From Flectonema sp. DT1601 (taxonomy: Eukaryota): 64,000 nucleotides of DNA. This document shows, piece by piece, positions 32,755 to 44,400 of the stretch. The stretch covers positions 1,240,001-1,304,000 of the forward strand of contig OZ025788.1 in NCBI GenBank assembly GCA_964019425.1, in the 5' to 3' direction. A program made the position numbers and the translations under genes. Position 1 is the first letter of the stretch. Each line of letters starts with the position of its first letter. The notes below the pieces were generated by a model. That model made no database searches. It was not told where the DNA came from and saw only the letters and a list, made by a program, of their open reading frames with translations.

Positions 32755-33709
32755 CCTCCTCCCCTCATCCAGCCCTGTTGACAAACTGTTTTCTGCCAAA
32801 CTTCTCAGATAACCTTCAGTGTTACTTTGATTAGGTAGAATTGGTGTTGCTCTACTCAAATTACTCATTTCTTTGTTTTCTGTTTTCTTGTAATGACAGA
32901 ATCAAAGTATGAACATCCTTTAGTCTTAGTTACGTTCAATTTCCCGTTTCTTCTTGTCTTAAAAAAAAAAAAATCCTTTCTTCCTTCGATTTGATCGCAA
33001 GATAAAATTTCTTTTTCTTTCTTTGTTAGAAAGATCTAAAACAGCAGTAAAAAATAAAAATAAATAAAATCATTAGTTCGTTCCTTTACTTTTGTTGATG
33101 CACACAACTCTTGTTGATTGCAGTTATTCATTTTATTACTTTTTTGGTTTGTCTCATGGTGCTGATTGGTTTTGTTTCTTTCATTTAAGAAGAAGAAAAA
33201 AAAATTTATTATTTTTGTGTAGTGCCAATTACATCCACAAAACAAAATCTTCAGGCCTTTTTTGTTTTCTTTTTGTGTTTTGTTACTGCTGAATTTAAAA
33301 AAAATATTATTATTAAAAAAGGGAAGTCGTGTTACGTTCTGCTCCTATGAAATTATTCGTCTTTTTGTTATAAGAAAGGAGACAATCTCCGATAATGTTC
33401 TGTCACTTACCCGAATTCCGCCCCACTTCCCCTGTCCGTAATTTACACGAAAAAAAAGAAAGAAAGGTTAACTTCTGTTGACTTTATTCACTTTTATTAT
33501 AGTAGCCTTATTACTGATTGTTGTTGTTGTTGTTGTTTGTTGATGTAGTTTGTACTTATTTTTACAACAGGTTAATGAGAGGGAATGAATAGTTGATTTC
33601 TGTTGGATAGGTGATTCGGTTTGGGTTATTTTAAGTTTTATTTATTCATTACAGAGGTCTTCGAGAGGGAATAAACATACACCAAAAACAAAAAAAGAAC
33701 TAATAAGAA

Positions 33710-34759
33710 ATGGGCTGCAGTGATAGCAAGACTCAACCAGATAACCGGTATGCACCAGTTAGACAACAGCCGTACCAACAGCCGTACCCACAACAGCCAG
33801 TTCAGCAGCCTCCTCCACAGCAGGCTACTTACCAAAGGCCAGGTACTGTTCAGGCTCCTCCACAGCCAGCGTATCAACCGGCACCTACTTACCAGGCATC
33901 GTACACAGCTCCACCTCCGCCTACTGCACCACAGCCAGTACCTCAGTTAAATACAACTATGGCTTCTGGTAGAATGTCAGCTGTTCAGAGAGAAATCTTA
34001 GAGCAGCACGAAGTTGAGCAGACAGCTGCTGTTCTCTCTGCGAGAGGACCTCGATCCAGTATAAGTGGACCTCGATCCAGTATAGGTCAAGTACCTGTTT
34101 CTACTCCAGTTCAACAGTCACCTCCAACAGGTCAACAGAATCTTGCTAGAAAGAACACTGAGACTTTACTAAACGAACAGAGAAATGTATGTCTTTCTTC
34201 TGATACTGCGACGGGAATTATTTTTGTGAGGAAATATGTTATCTCTAAAAATAGTTTTATAATTAAAATAATAACAGGTTGGTGCTGATCAATTAGCAGG
34301 TGTTTATCCAAATGTTGACAGAGAAGTTATCAACGCTTTAATGGTTCAGTACAGTGGTGATGAGGTACGTGTTTATTGAATTTATTTGATGTTTTGAAAA
34401 CATTCTAAAAAATATAAGTAAAACAACAATAACAGGAGAGACTCCACACAACGCTTTTGGAAATGCAAACTGAGAATGCTGGTGTTGCTCCTTCACCACT
34501 AGTGAAGCAAGGAAGCTTTCATAATGGAGGAGCAGGAGAACCTTCCCTGTCGAGACACAACAGTAGTCCATTTATGAACATTCAACTCAGTCCTGGTGAA
34601 CCAATTGATGCGATGTATCAGGGAGAATGGTTTCCTTGTGTCATTCAACAGGTTCAAGGTAATGGTGATTACTTAGTTCAGTGGGATACTGATTCTTCTC
34701 AAACAGTTGTTGTGAAAGCCGATATCAGACCAAGACAACAACAACTTACTTCTATGTAG
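33710..34759 (+). CDS. ~295-aa protein with N-terminal MGCxxSK acylation motif, P/Q-rich linker, CUE ubiquitin-binding domain and C-terminal Tudor/Agenet-like domain; exons 33710-34186, 34278-34364, 34436-34759
   Basis: Two phase-0 introns, GTATGT..AACAG (34187-34277) and GTACGT..AACAG (34365-34435), join the ORFs in frame. Splicing reconstitutes DQLAGVYPNVDREVINALMVQYSGDEERLHTTLLEM (CUE-like). The C-terminus is PGEPIDAMYQGEWFPCVI..YLVQWD (Tudor-like). Confidence 0.82.
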
Positions 34760-37353
34760 ATAGAAACACCAAAGGCTAAGGTAACGTTATTATAACGCAG
34801 ATGCCGAGAGATCGATCACCCCTGGTGAATCACAGACCTCGATACCTCCGATTCATTATTTCTGCTTGAAAATTTTCTAATAAAAAGTAGCAGTAGAAAA
34901 CCTAAAATAGCATTGAGTTGGTGAGACAATCTCTATTCATGGCTCTGCCCTTTTTTTTGGCCAGCATTGAAAAGGCATTTTCCATCATTTCTTTTGACGT
35001 GAGTTGAAGGCCTCTTCTTTCCCCCTCCTGCATCTCGTCTTTTATTTTTGTGGTAAGGTTTTTCGTTTTCCCCAAGGTGTGCGGGGAAAAAAAAAAAGAA
35101 ACTCCTCAGAGATGTCTGACTGCAATGGCGTTTCGCATCCTGGGACTTTCAAAGGCTGAGAAAAACCTTTTTTTTTGCTTTGGTCGTGCTTTTTTGTGAG
35201 CACTTTTGCTTCGTTTTTCTGACAAATCACATATTCAAGCATCTTTTCACCCCCCCCTTTTTTTTGTTTTCTTTTTACATACTGCATATTACTTTTACTA
35301 GGTATATTTTCTTTTAATTTTTTTATTGTTTTTGTTTGATAAAGCAAGGAAAAAAAAAAATAAGTGTCTTAACAAAAAAAACAAAAGGAAAACGAAGAAT
35401 AATTAACTATAAGATAAAAAAAAAGCAGAAAAAGCTCGACAAGAGAAACAAATGAAGAAAGAAAAAGGAGTAAAAAGTAAACGGACGGAAGCTATATTTC
35501 TCTCAACTTTACAAAATAGATTTTATATATTTTTTTTGTGACTGCATTCTATTACTGTTCCTTTTGTGTTATTCACTTAAGAAGCAATCAACGACAGCTT
35601 TTTTTGGGTTAGGTAAATTGAGGATTTTAATTTTAATTTTTTTTTTCTTCTTTTTTTTTTTTTTTTATTCTTTTTTTTTGTAGCTGGTAAAAGTAATACA
35701 AAAAAAAAAAACAAAAAAAAAAAAGGAAACGAAAATACGATAAACTGACCTGTTAAATAACATGAGAGGTGATTCTCACCTTTTTTTTTTTTTAATGTAT
35801 GGCAGCAGCAGTTATGTTACCGTCTGAGCTTTTTTCTCTGTCTCTCTCTGTTCCTTTGTTGTAAGCTCCATTTAACTTCTGGCTTCCTTTTACTGTATGC
35901 CTTTGGCTGATAGGCAATAATCGTTTCTAGGAATCAACCTGTTTCTTAAGGTTGCGATCTATAGTCGATTGTGGCGAACGTGATATTCAATGAGTATTGC
36001 TGCCTCTTTACTGTCCAATGGTTGTATGTCTGGCTTCTCGCTTGGGTTTCTTATCCTTCATCGGGAGTATTACCATTCTGACTTCGTGTACAAACACACA
36101 AAAAAAAAAAAAAAAAAGGAAGAAGAAAAAATCATACAGATTAGCCTTCTATTACGTTGAACGCACTGCCACCTCAGACACGACCTGGGCGTAGGAGACA
36201 ACCTGCGAGGCAGCCGTGTTTGTTGACGCGATTCCCTGTGGCGACTAGCTCTCGGGTTCTCCTGCTGTTGTTGCTTCCATAGAACGGATCTGTGCCGAGA
36301 TGTGAGCGGCTATCGCCACCTGTGCCACTAGGACCATGCTATCCACGACATCCTGCCCAGCCGACAGGTGAAGCAGGTGTGGGTTGACTCCTGGCATAGT
36401 TTTCGTTGAAGCAGGCAGACGGCTTTCAATCTGAATAGTTTCTTCTCCGGCTGTCCGCACAAAAAAAAAGAAAAAAATAAAAATAAAATTGGGGCCTCAC
36501 CCCTACTGTCTACAAAACTAAGACACAATTACAATTTCTTTTTTTGAATACGATTGAAAAATGAACATTGACCTTAAGAGTATTATATTGAACAAGGCCG
36601 AGGCATTCTTTCTGTCCCCCTCCCTTTTCCCTTTTTTAGGTTAGTTTGTCGCAATGTAAAACGTTGTGATTGTTTCAGCTCCACAAAAAGAAATCTGAGA
36701 AAACGACAACCCTCACAGCCCCTTCCCCGACTACGGGATGCATTCTCGGCTACTCCGGGTGCGAGCAGGAAGAGAGCATAAAATAAAAACATGATTACAG
36801 GAAAAAAAGAAAAAAAAAAACAATTTTGTTGGATCCGACTTCTCCGATTATGAAAACAAAAAATAAAGAAAAAGTTTTTTGACAAGGAAGCTACAACATG
36901 ATTTAGCAATTATATATAATTTTCATTTTTCTCGGAGAAAAAAAAATAACGAAAGGAAAACGAGAAAAAAACAATTTTGGAATAAAAAATACATTACCTA
37001 ATCCATCCCTACACTGCGTGACGTGAATCCCAAAAAGAATATAGCCCAAAAAGACACCTTGAATTTTAATTTTAATTCCTTTTTTTTATTTATTTTTTTT
37101 TTTTTTTTTGTGAAGTTGAGAACTTGAAGAATTAGTTGTTCTTAGTTAGCGTTGTGTTTGCTGCAGCAAGGTAGTTAAGTCCCCAGCAGGTAAAAAGATG
37201 AATTTTTGCTTTTGTTTTTTTGTTTTTTGATACTGCATCACAGAACACACATATGTAACTGCTGCACGTTTACGATGAATACCTTGACTAATATATCTGG
37301 TGAATAATTAAATCTAACCTTTCGTTATATTAAAACAGTGGTAGAAACACAAC

Positions 37354-40300
37354 ATGGCTGACGAACAGAAATTCTTTTTAAAATGCTGCAAAGAAGGTGA
37401 TCTTGGAGTGGTGATGAGATACCTTCCGGAATTTGTTAAAAATGGTCAGCTTGAATTTAGAGATGACTACGGGTTGACTGCTTTGGGATGGGCCTGTTGG
37501 AATGGTCACGCAGACATAGCAAATGAGTTAATAAGAAATGGATCAAATGTAAACAGCAAAGATAATGAAAACCAAACACCTCTTTTTAATGCTTGTTATT
37601 CTGGATTATATGAAATATGTGTCGTTCTTATAAATAACGGAGCAGATCTCAACGCCACAGACATCGACGGGGAATCCCCATTCGCTGCTGCAGCTCAACG
37701 AGGCCACATTCGAATTGTTAAATTATTAATGGACTGTAATTGTAATCCTCTTACTGTTGATACTTCAGGTGTCTCTCCTTTGAAATCTGCTAAGGAAGGA
37801 ATTGCTTCAAAATCACTTGTCGCATTGATCGAGAGATACGTCGTCGAGTACGCTGTTAATAATAAAATATCGATGTCGATAATCGACGGTATGAAAACTC
37901 GTATTAGTTTACAACTATCTGGTAAATGGTTTGTGAAGTCGTACAGCGATTTGTTATCTGAAATCTCATTATCTTGGAAGGTTTCTGAAGCAGCTCTCAG
38001 TTTCGGTGATGAAACCGGAAGGTTTGAAGAAAAAGATCACCCAGATGGGAGTGACACCTTATCTAGACTTTCTATTCATGTTTGGCCAAGTGCTGGTGTG
38101 AAACACCAGCTTCAAGTACCAAAGTGTCGCAGCATCCCTACAGAAAGAAGAACATCATTAAAAGGTGATCTCCCTCCTTCTCGTTCAAGTACTTTACTTT
38201 CCTCAGTTAGTATTCGTTCTACAGAAAGCATACAGGAACCTGTTGGATTATTTTATCCTAATTCAATAGCAACAAAATCAATTCGCTCGGTCTCAATGAG
38301 CTCTAACCAGAATCACCTACTGCCTCCCAGTGGTGCTCCGTCGAGAAGCACTACCGCAACGTCAATGGCGAGTGAAATTGGAGCCATAGTTCGATCCCGG
38401 GTAGCACAGCGTGGTGACTATTTAAAACCTGGAGTACAGTCTCATGGTGTTATTAAAAGTAGTTCTATCACCTCAGGTCAGATTGAGCATCGATCTGTTT
38501 CAATGGCATCAGTTCAGCCAACAGCTGTTGTCAGGAGTGAGTCTGTGATGACGAACAACAGACCGCAGTCTAGTGTTTCTTCATCCGCACTTAGAAAGAC
38601 ATCAATGCATTCTACCAGAACAGCAACTAGCGTAGACAATTCTCATTCGACAGCTGTGTCAGAACGTTCTTTTGTTAAAAAAGACGTATCTCGGTCACAT
38701 TCAACAGTTTCTTCTGTGCTTCCTCAAGGGATTCCAACACCTGTTAGTATGCCTCAGGTCGCAGTGATTCGATCAGATTCTGCAGTATCATCAGTTGTAC
38801 TTCCTGAAGGATTACCTGCACCTGCATCTGTACAGTCAGTTATTAGTAAGGAAGGAATTGCTGGAGGGGGTGCAGCGGTGTCATTTCCAGCACCTGTGTC
38901 TGTGAGATCTCACTCAACTATTTCATTAGCTCAGAGGTCTGCATCTTATCGTTCAATGACTTCTGTGACGTCTGCTGTTAGACAGAAATCGGTTGCGCGC
39001 CCTCCTCCTGCACCAACACCAGTTGTTTCTAATGTAGGAATTCAACGACAGCTGCCGCCAACACCAACAAGAAGACAACCGAAGCCACAACCACAGACAC
39101 CTGACAATGACAGTGACTGTGAAACTGAAGCATCACCAGAACTAACTACCAACAGGAAGAGTTACTTATCAACACTTCAACAGATTAGAGGAAGAGTTTT
39201 ATTTGGTCGTAAATATGAAAAGTGTGGGCAGTCAGAAACTGACAGCGAAGAAGAAGACGATGACGAAGAAACAGAACAAGAAAACCATCCAGCCACTCCA
39301 TCGAAAGATGTTAAGATCGATAACAACATCACTCTTGTTGACCCTTTAAAGGAAGACATGCTAACTTGTGACTCAACACCAGATGTCAACTGTCGGGATG
39401 ATAATCAAATTAACAATCAAAGACAACCCTCAGCACCACCAGAGCTCTCAGTATCACGAGATCCGTCAGCACTACGGGAGCTCTCAACGCCGTTAGTACC
39501 ACGAGAGCCGTCAGCACTACGGGAGCTCTCAACGCCGTTAGTACCACGAGATCCGTCAGCTCTACGGGAGCTCTCAACGCCATTAGTACCACGAGAACTG
39601 TTAGCACTACGAGAACCTTCAACACCGTCAGCACTACGAGAACCCTTGGTGGCCTCAGTACCGCGGGAACCCTTGGTGGCCTCAGTACCACGAGAACCCT
39701 TGGTGGCCTCAGTACCACGAGAACCCTTGGTGGCCTCAGTACCACGAGAACCCTTGGTGGCCTCAGTACCACGAGAACCCTTGGTGGCCTCAGTACCACG
39801 AGAACCCTTGGTGGCCTCAGTACCACGAGAACCCTTGGTGGCCTCAGTACCACGAGAACCCTTGGTGGCCTCAGTACCACGAGAACCCTTGGTGGCCTCA
39901 GTACCACGAGAACCCTTGGTGGCCTCAGTACCGCGGGAACCGTCAGCATCCACAACCATCTGTGAAACAGAAGTAGATGTAGTTACCGAGTCTGTGACTG
40001 TACGAAGTAAATCGGAAGTCACGATTTGTGTAGAAGAGAGTGAGAAGGTAGCAACTATGGCAACTCAAGTTAAACAAGCTCACCTCAGCTATGATGAAAG
40101 AAAAGCAAAATTCGAAGCAATTACTGGCGTGGCATTTCCAGAACCCCTCGATGAAGAGTTTGGTGAGTCTGTTTCATTGCCAGCTGATGAGACTGTTGAA
40201 GGTGGTCGACAATGTGAGTTCTACGGACCTCCAACTATTCTTCATGAGAGTGCTGCTAATGGAGAAGTTCATGTTATTGAGTACTTGTTGTCAACACAAC

Positions 40301-40956
40301 AAAAGATTATTAAAGAGACTGATCTGGACGCTCAAGACGAACTCGGTAGAACACCATTAATGTATTCTTGTATTACTGGAAAGTTAAAGGCTGTTCAATT
40401 ATTGATATCAAAAAAGTGTTCTGTCAATATACGAGACTCTGAAGGACACACAGCAATATTCCACGCTACAAAAGGAGGACATAATGACATCCTGCAATGG
40501 CTTAGCGAGTCAGTAAAAGGAATTGATTTCCACGCATTAGATGGTGAGGGTCACAGCCTTACACAATGGGCATGTTATAAAGGATACTTAAGTACGTTAC
40601 GTTATCTAACTGAAGTTCTTAATGTCAGATTAGACCTTCCTGATTATCAAGATAGATTATGTATTCATTGGGCAGCTAAACAGGGTGCTGTAGACGCAAT
40701 TAAATATTTAATTCAAAAAGGATGTGCGATCTCTCTTCATGATAGATTTAATAAAACAGCTGAAGACTATGCAATTGAAGCCCAGCATTGGGGAGCTGTG
40801 GCTACGCTGAGAGAAGCAAAACTTCAAACAGTATCTGGACAGCAATCGTCTCAGTGGAGATCTGATATAAGTAGAGCTTTATCAGTGTCAAAAGGATTTA
40901 CTGCTCCTTCCTCGTTTTCTAAGTTTTCATCCGTTGGCACTACCAGATTGGGATAG
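37354..40956 (+). CDS. 1,200-aa ankyrin-repeat protein with N- and C-terminal ankyrin clusters separated by a Ser/Pro-rich low-complexity linker
   Basis: N-terminal ankyrin motifs GLTALGWACWNGH, QTPLFNACYSG and GESPFAAAAQRGH. C-terminal motifs GRTPLMYSC, GHTAIFHATKGGH and IHWAAKQGA. Confidence 0.9.
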   Translation: MADEQKFFLKCCKEGDLGVVMRYLPEFVKNGQLEFRDDYGLTALGWACWNGHADIANELIRNGSNVNSKDNENQTPLFNACYSGLYEICVVLINNGADLNATDIDGESPFAAAAQRGHIRIVKLLMDCNCNPLTVDTSGVSPLKSAKEGIASKSLVALIERYVVEYAVNNKISMSIIDGMKTRISLQLSGKWFVKSYSDLLSEISLSWKVSEAALSFGDETGRFEEKDHPDGSDTLSRLSIHVWPSAGVKHQLQVPKCRSIPTERRTSLKGDLPPSRSSTLLSSVSIRSTESIQEPVGLFYPNSIATKSIRSVSMSSNQNHLLPPSGAPSRSTTATSMASEIGAIVRSRVAQRGDYLKPGVQSHGVIKSSSITSGQIEHRSVSMASVQPTAVVRSESVMTNNRPQSSVSSSALRKTSMHSTRTATSVDNSHSTAVSERSFVKKDVSRSHSTVSSVLPQGIPTPVSMPQVAVIRSDSAVSSVVLPEGLPAPASVQSVISKEGIAGGGAAVSFPAPVSVRSHSTISLAQRSASYRSMTSVTSAVRQKSVARPPPAPTPVVSNVGIQRQLPPTPTRRQPKPQPQTPDNDSDCETEASPELTTNRKSYLSTLQQIRGRVLFGRKYEKCGQSETDSEEEDDDEETEQENHPATPSKDVKIDNNITLVDPLKEDMLTCDSTPDVNCRDDNQINNQRQPSAPPELSVSRDPSALRELSTPLVPREPSALRELSTPLVPRDPSALRELSTPLVPRELLALREPSTPSALREPLVASVPREPLVASVPREPLVASVPREPLVASVPREPLVASVPREPLVASVPREPLVASVPREPLVASVPREPLVASVPREPLVASVPREPLVASVPREPSASTTICETEVDVVTESVTVRSKSEVTICVEESEKVATMATQVKQAHLSYDERKAKFEAITGVAFPEPLDEEFGESVSLPADETVEGGRQCEFYGPPTILHESAANGEVHVIEYLLSTQQKIIKETDLDAQDELGRTPLMYSCITGKLKAVQLLISKKCSVNIRDSEGHTAIFHATKGGHNDILQWLSESVKGIDFHALDGEGHSLTQWACYKGYLSTLRYLTEVLNVRLDLPDYQDRLCIHWAAKQGAVDAIKYLIQKGCAISLHDRFNKTAEDYAIEAQHWGAVATLREAKLQTVSGQQSSQWRSDISRALSVSKGFTAPSSFSKFSSVGTTRLG
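39457..39940 (+). repeat. Coding minisatellite: about 3 x 45-bp units (R[D/E]PSALRELSTPLVP) followed by 11 x 27-bp units (REPLVASVP; 39637-39933)
   Basis: CGAGAACCCTTGGTGGCCTCAGTACCA repeats over 297 bp = 11 x 27 with only synonymous variants. Related 45-bp units lie just upstream. Confidence 0.95.
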
Positions 40957-41444
40957 CCTTTTCCTTTCCCTTCTCCCACCACTTATTGTATTCTATAAAA
41001 AAAACAAATTGTTAAAATTTTTTCTTGTACCTATTTTTTTTTCCTTTTTTTTCTTATTATCCAATTTCTTTTGCGTTTGACTGCAAAGAATTTTTGTACC
41101 CAAATAGATGTCTGTGTATTGTTGGTTTATATTTTATTTGAGCTAATACATGTTGAGTGGGTTTATGAATCGCGATCATCTTTGTTTCTTTCCCCTTCTA
41201 ATACAGTATCAATTTACCTCTTAGGTATATGGATTATTCTCAGAAAACTACGATTGATGTTCTGTTTCCTGCAGTGTTTTATTTATGTTATTTTCTCTTC
41301 CTTTCAGAAAGCATAAGTCTTGGAAAAAAAAAAAAAAAAAAAACCCCTAACATATAAAAAAAATCTTCACAAAAGCTTCCAAAAAAAAACAAAAACAACA
41401 CCCAACAAACACCCTATAATCATATGCAATACTGATGCTAAACT

Positions 41445-44400
41445 ATGGTGAATGAGAGTTCTCCTTCTTCGGGTAGCCTTGGGCCTTATTTAGAAGATGA
41501 AGCAGATCTACTACTAAAACGTGATGAGGAGAGAGAAAAAGAAAAGCTAAAGCGATACAGCGAATATCAACTTCCAGATGGTCATAATTATGTGATGAAA
41601 AGACAAGAAACTGGTTCTAGTGAAGGTCGAAGAGAATTCACTGGAGCGAGTAATATGACTGGGATGGATTCACATAAGGGAATGTCTACAGCTATTGCTG
41701 ATCTACCAGGTTATGGCAGAGATCAGTTTGTTTCAAACTTCTTAACGGCGGCATCTCAAAACATGGATTCTGGTAAAGTTGTCAGAGAAGCAGTTAATTG
41801 GGCTGAAGTCAACAGAGCAAGTCAGACTGATCGACCACAAATTGCATACAGCGAGTTGAAGATCAGATTTTCTGATGGAGTCGACCAAACAAAATCACTC
41901 ACAAATCTCCGACCAGTAGAATTCTGGCCAGCTGGATACATGTACAGCGGAGACGTTATGGACATGACTCAAGCCTTAGCCTCATGGCACACTCCTAAAG
42001 GTGTCTGCTGGAGCGGAGAACTCGTCAACGATCTCCTCCGAGATTGTGTTCTTGTTGTTACTCGCCAGGGTAAGAATGTCACTAATGATGTTGTAGTTCC
42101 AATTTATATCTACACATCAGCAATGTATCGAAAAGTTCTTTGGGCATACTGGATACCCTCACAAGGTAGATGGCAAGAATGTACTCACGGATCTATAAAA
42201 TTAGAAGAAAAGATGCAACGAACTCGACCAGATGCGAAAGTGACAACCATACCGACAGACTTAGCCAAGGATATGGCTGGTCATTTGAAGGTTATGTTTG
42301 ATAGGCTTGTTGGTGTTTCTGTTCGTCAATGGTGTGAAACTTACTATGAACTAGACGGCTACAGAGGATACGTAAAGGATACTAATTCTCAAGAAGTACC
42401 ATTCTATATGATACGATACTGTAACAGAATGCAGTCAAATCATCTATTTCCACTTTCTAACTCTGTCGCTTGGCTATCAGATCCTGACACCTATTTTGTA
42501 AAAAAGAACGAATTTTCAATAGCGAACTACATGCCTCCTCCTGGTGTGTTGGAGTACCTTGAGAGTAGACCTCGTTCTGAAGCTCGTCCAGGGGAACAAA
42601 ATACCAGACAAGGAAAATGGAGTGTTGAGCCAACAGGAACAGCTGCAATGAGTGAATTGATTGAAGAATGTTATAAAGAAATTAATCAGTCGAAGTTCAA
42701 TGAAAAGTTGTACACAAACCTTCAAGATATCGTAACAAACCTAAACGATGGAAATAATGAAAAAGCAATAAAAAAAGCAATTGATGAGAAGCTAAAGATA
42801 AACCTTGTAGAAGGTGAGAAACCAACTCCTCAAGACATTGCTCACGCGATAGATTTACAAGTTCTTGAGTGGAAGGATAAGAATTTTATTATAGCGCTGA
42901 GTGGATCACCGAGAGTCATCGTATCGACTTATGCACCATTCTGTTTAGCAAAGTTATACAGAGTCTACCACGAGTGTCATGAGCAACCATATCATTTATT
43001 GAACGCAACCATGAGAAACGTTCAGGATGATGTTAAGGACGTCTACGTTGATATTGTTCCTCGAGCAACTGAAGGTTCAGCAGGGAAGTACATTGCTTCA
43101 AAAGAAGAAGAAGTTGATCTAATTCCAGACAGGAATACCTCTCACACTCCAGCACCAGTTCATATGTTCTGTGACGACGGTCGCAGCGTCGTTTGGGACT
43201 TGCGAGAAGAACTTTGGAACGTTTCTTCAGCAAAAAAATCAAAAAAGAACGTCATGGCGCTCCCAGAAGATGTTAAATTAAGATTAGGGTTGTGGATGTT
43301 AAAGGACGTCAGACCATTAATGTGGTTCTTAGAGACAGCATTACGAAGTATTCCATCACCAAAAGAAGAAGGTCTCACATCAATAAAGAGTTACAGAGGT
43401 CTGGCTGATGTCACTCTTGCACGAGAACAATATCACCAGGGTGGACTTGTCAGATGGGGTGCTTACTCATCTTCTTCAGCGGATCAAGCAACTGCGACAT
43501 GGTTTGCAATGCAAGAAGGATCAGCAGCTGTTTTCACTCTTCGAGGGACATCTTGTAGAAAGATCTCTCCATGGTCAAGATTTGCTCGAGAATTGGAATA
43601 CTTGTATCCTCCAAACACTTGTTTTCATGTGAAGACGATGCTTACTGAAGACCAACAGCAGATTCTCGGACGTGAGGAACTTCAACTTTACGAACTTGAT
43701 GAAGTTGATGACCTGAACGCACTTTCTATTTACATCACTCAAAAGATCAACACATCGATTACAGGTCAAGGAATGGACCTCGTGAATCAATTAGTTTCAG
43801 TAATGCAAAACTTAGTAAATGGTGACGTGTTGACTGCATTAGAACGTGCTGTGTCACCAGATGACAAAGTACTGTATCAACCGTATGGTATGGAAATGGC
43901 AAGAAGACTGAAAAGTCTTTCAGAATACAGTCTCAGCAGTAGAGACATGGAAGATCAGGTACAGGAAGTCTTAGACGCATCACTAGTTACTGCAGCAAAG
44001 GGAGGTCACACAGAAGCCTGCACTCATCTTATTGAGCTTGGTGCTGATTGCAAAGTCGTATCTGACAGCTACACTACTGTGGAACACGCGATTATATCTG
44101 GGCATATGGACGCTGCTAAATTCCTTATTGCTGCTACTGGTCAGAATACTAAAGACTTCACAAGTACAATAGATGTTAAAGGTAATACTTTACTTCATAA
44201 ACTCGCTTCATTAGGTTTTCAAAAAGGTGTCATCTTACTCTTAAAGATGGGAGCTGACACTACTAAAGAGAATAGACTTGGTCAGATCCCAGCAACGATA
44301 GCATATAAAGGAAATCATAAAGGAATTGTTCACTTGTTGTTACCAAAAGAAGAGGATAGGCACAGTGTGTTACCAGCTGGGATGATTCAAGATATGACTA

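Noticed and set aside
39637..39933. CRISPR-like 27-bp repeats and antisense ORFs 39410-39955 / 39417-40022
   Set aside because: The repeats are head-to-tail with no spacers, lie in frame within a eukaryotic CDS and have no cas genes nearby. The antisense ORFs are repeat shadows.
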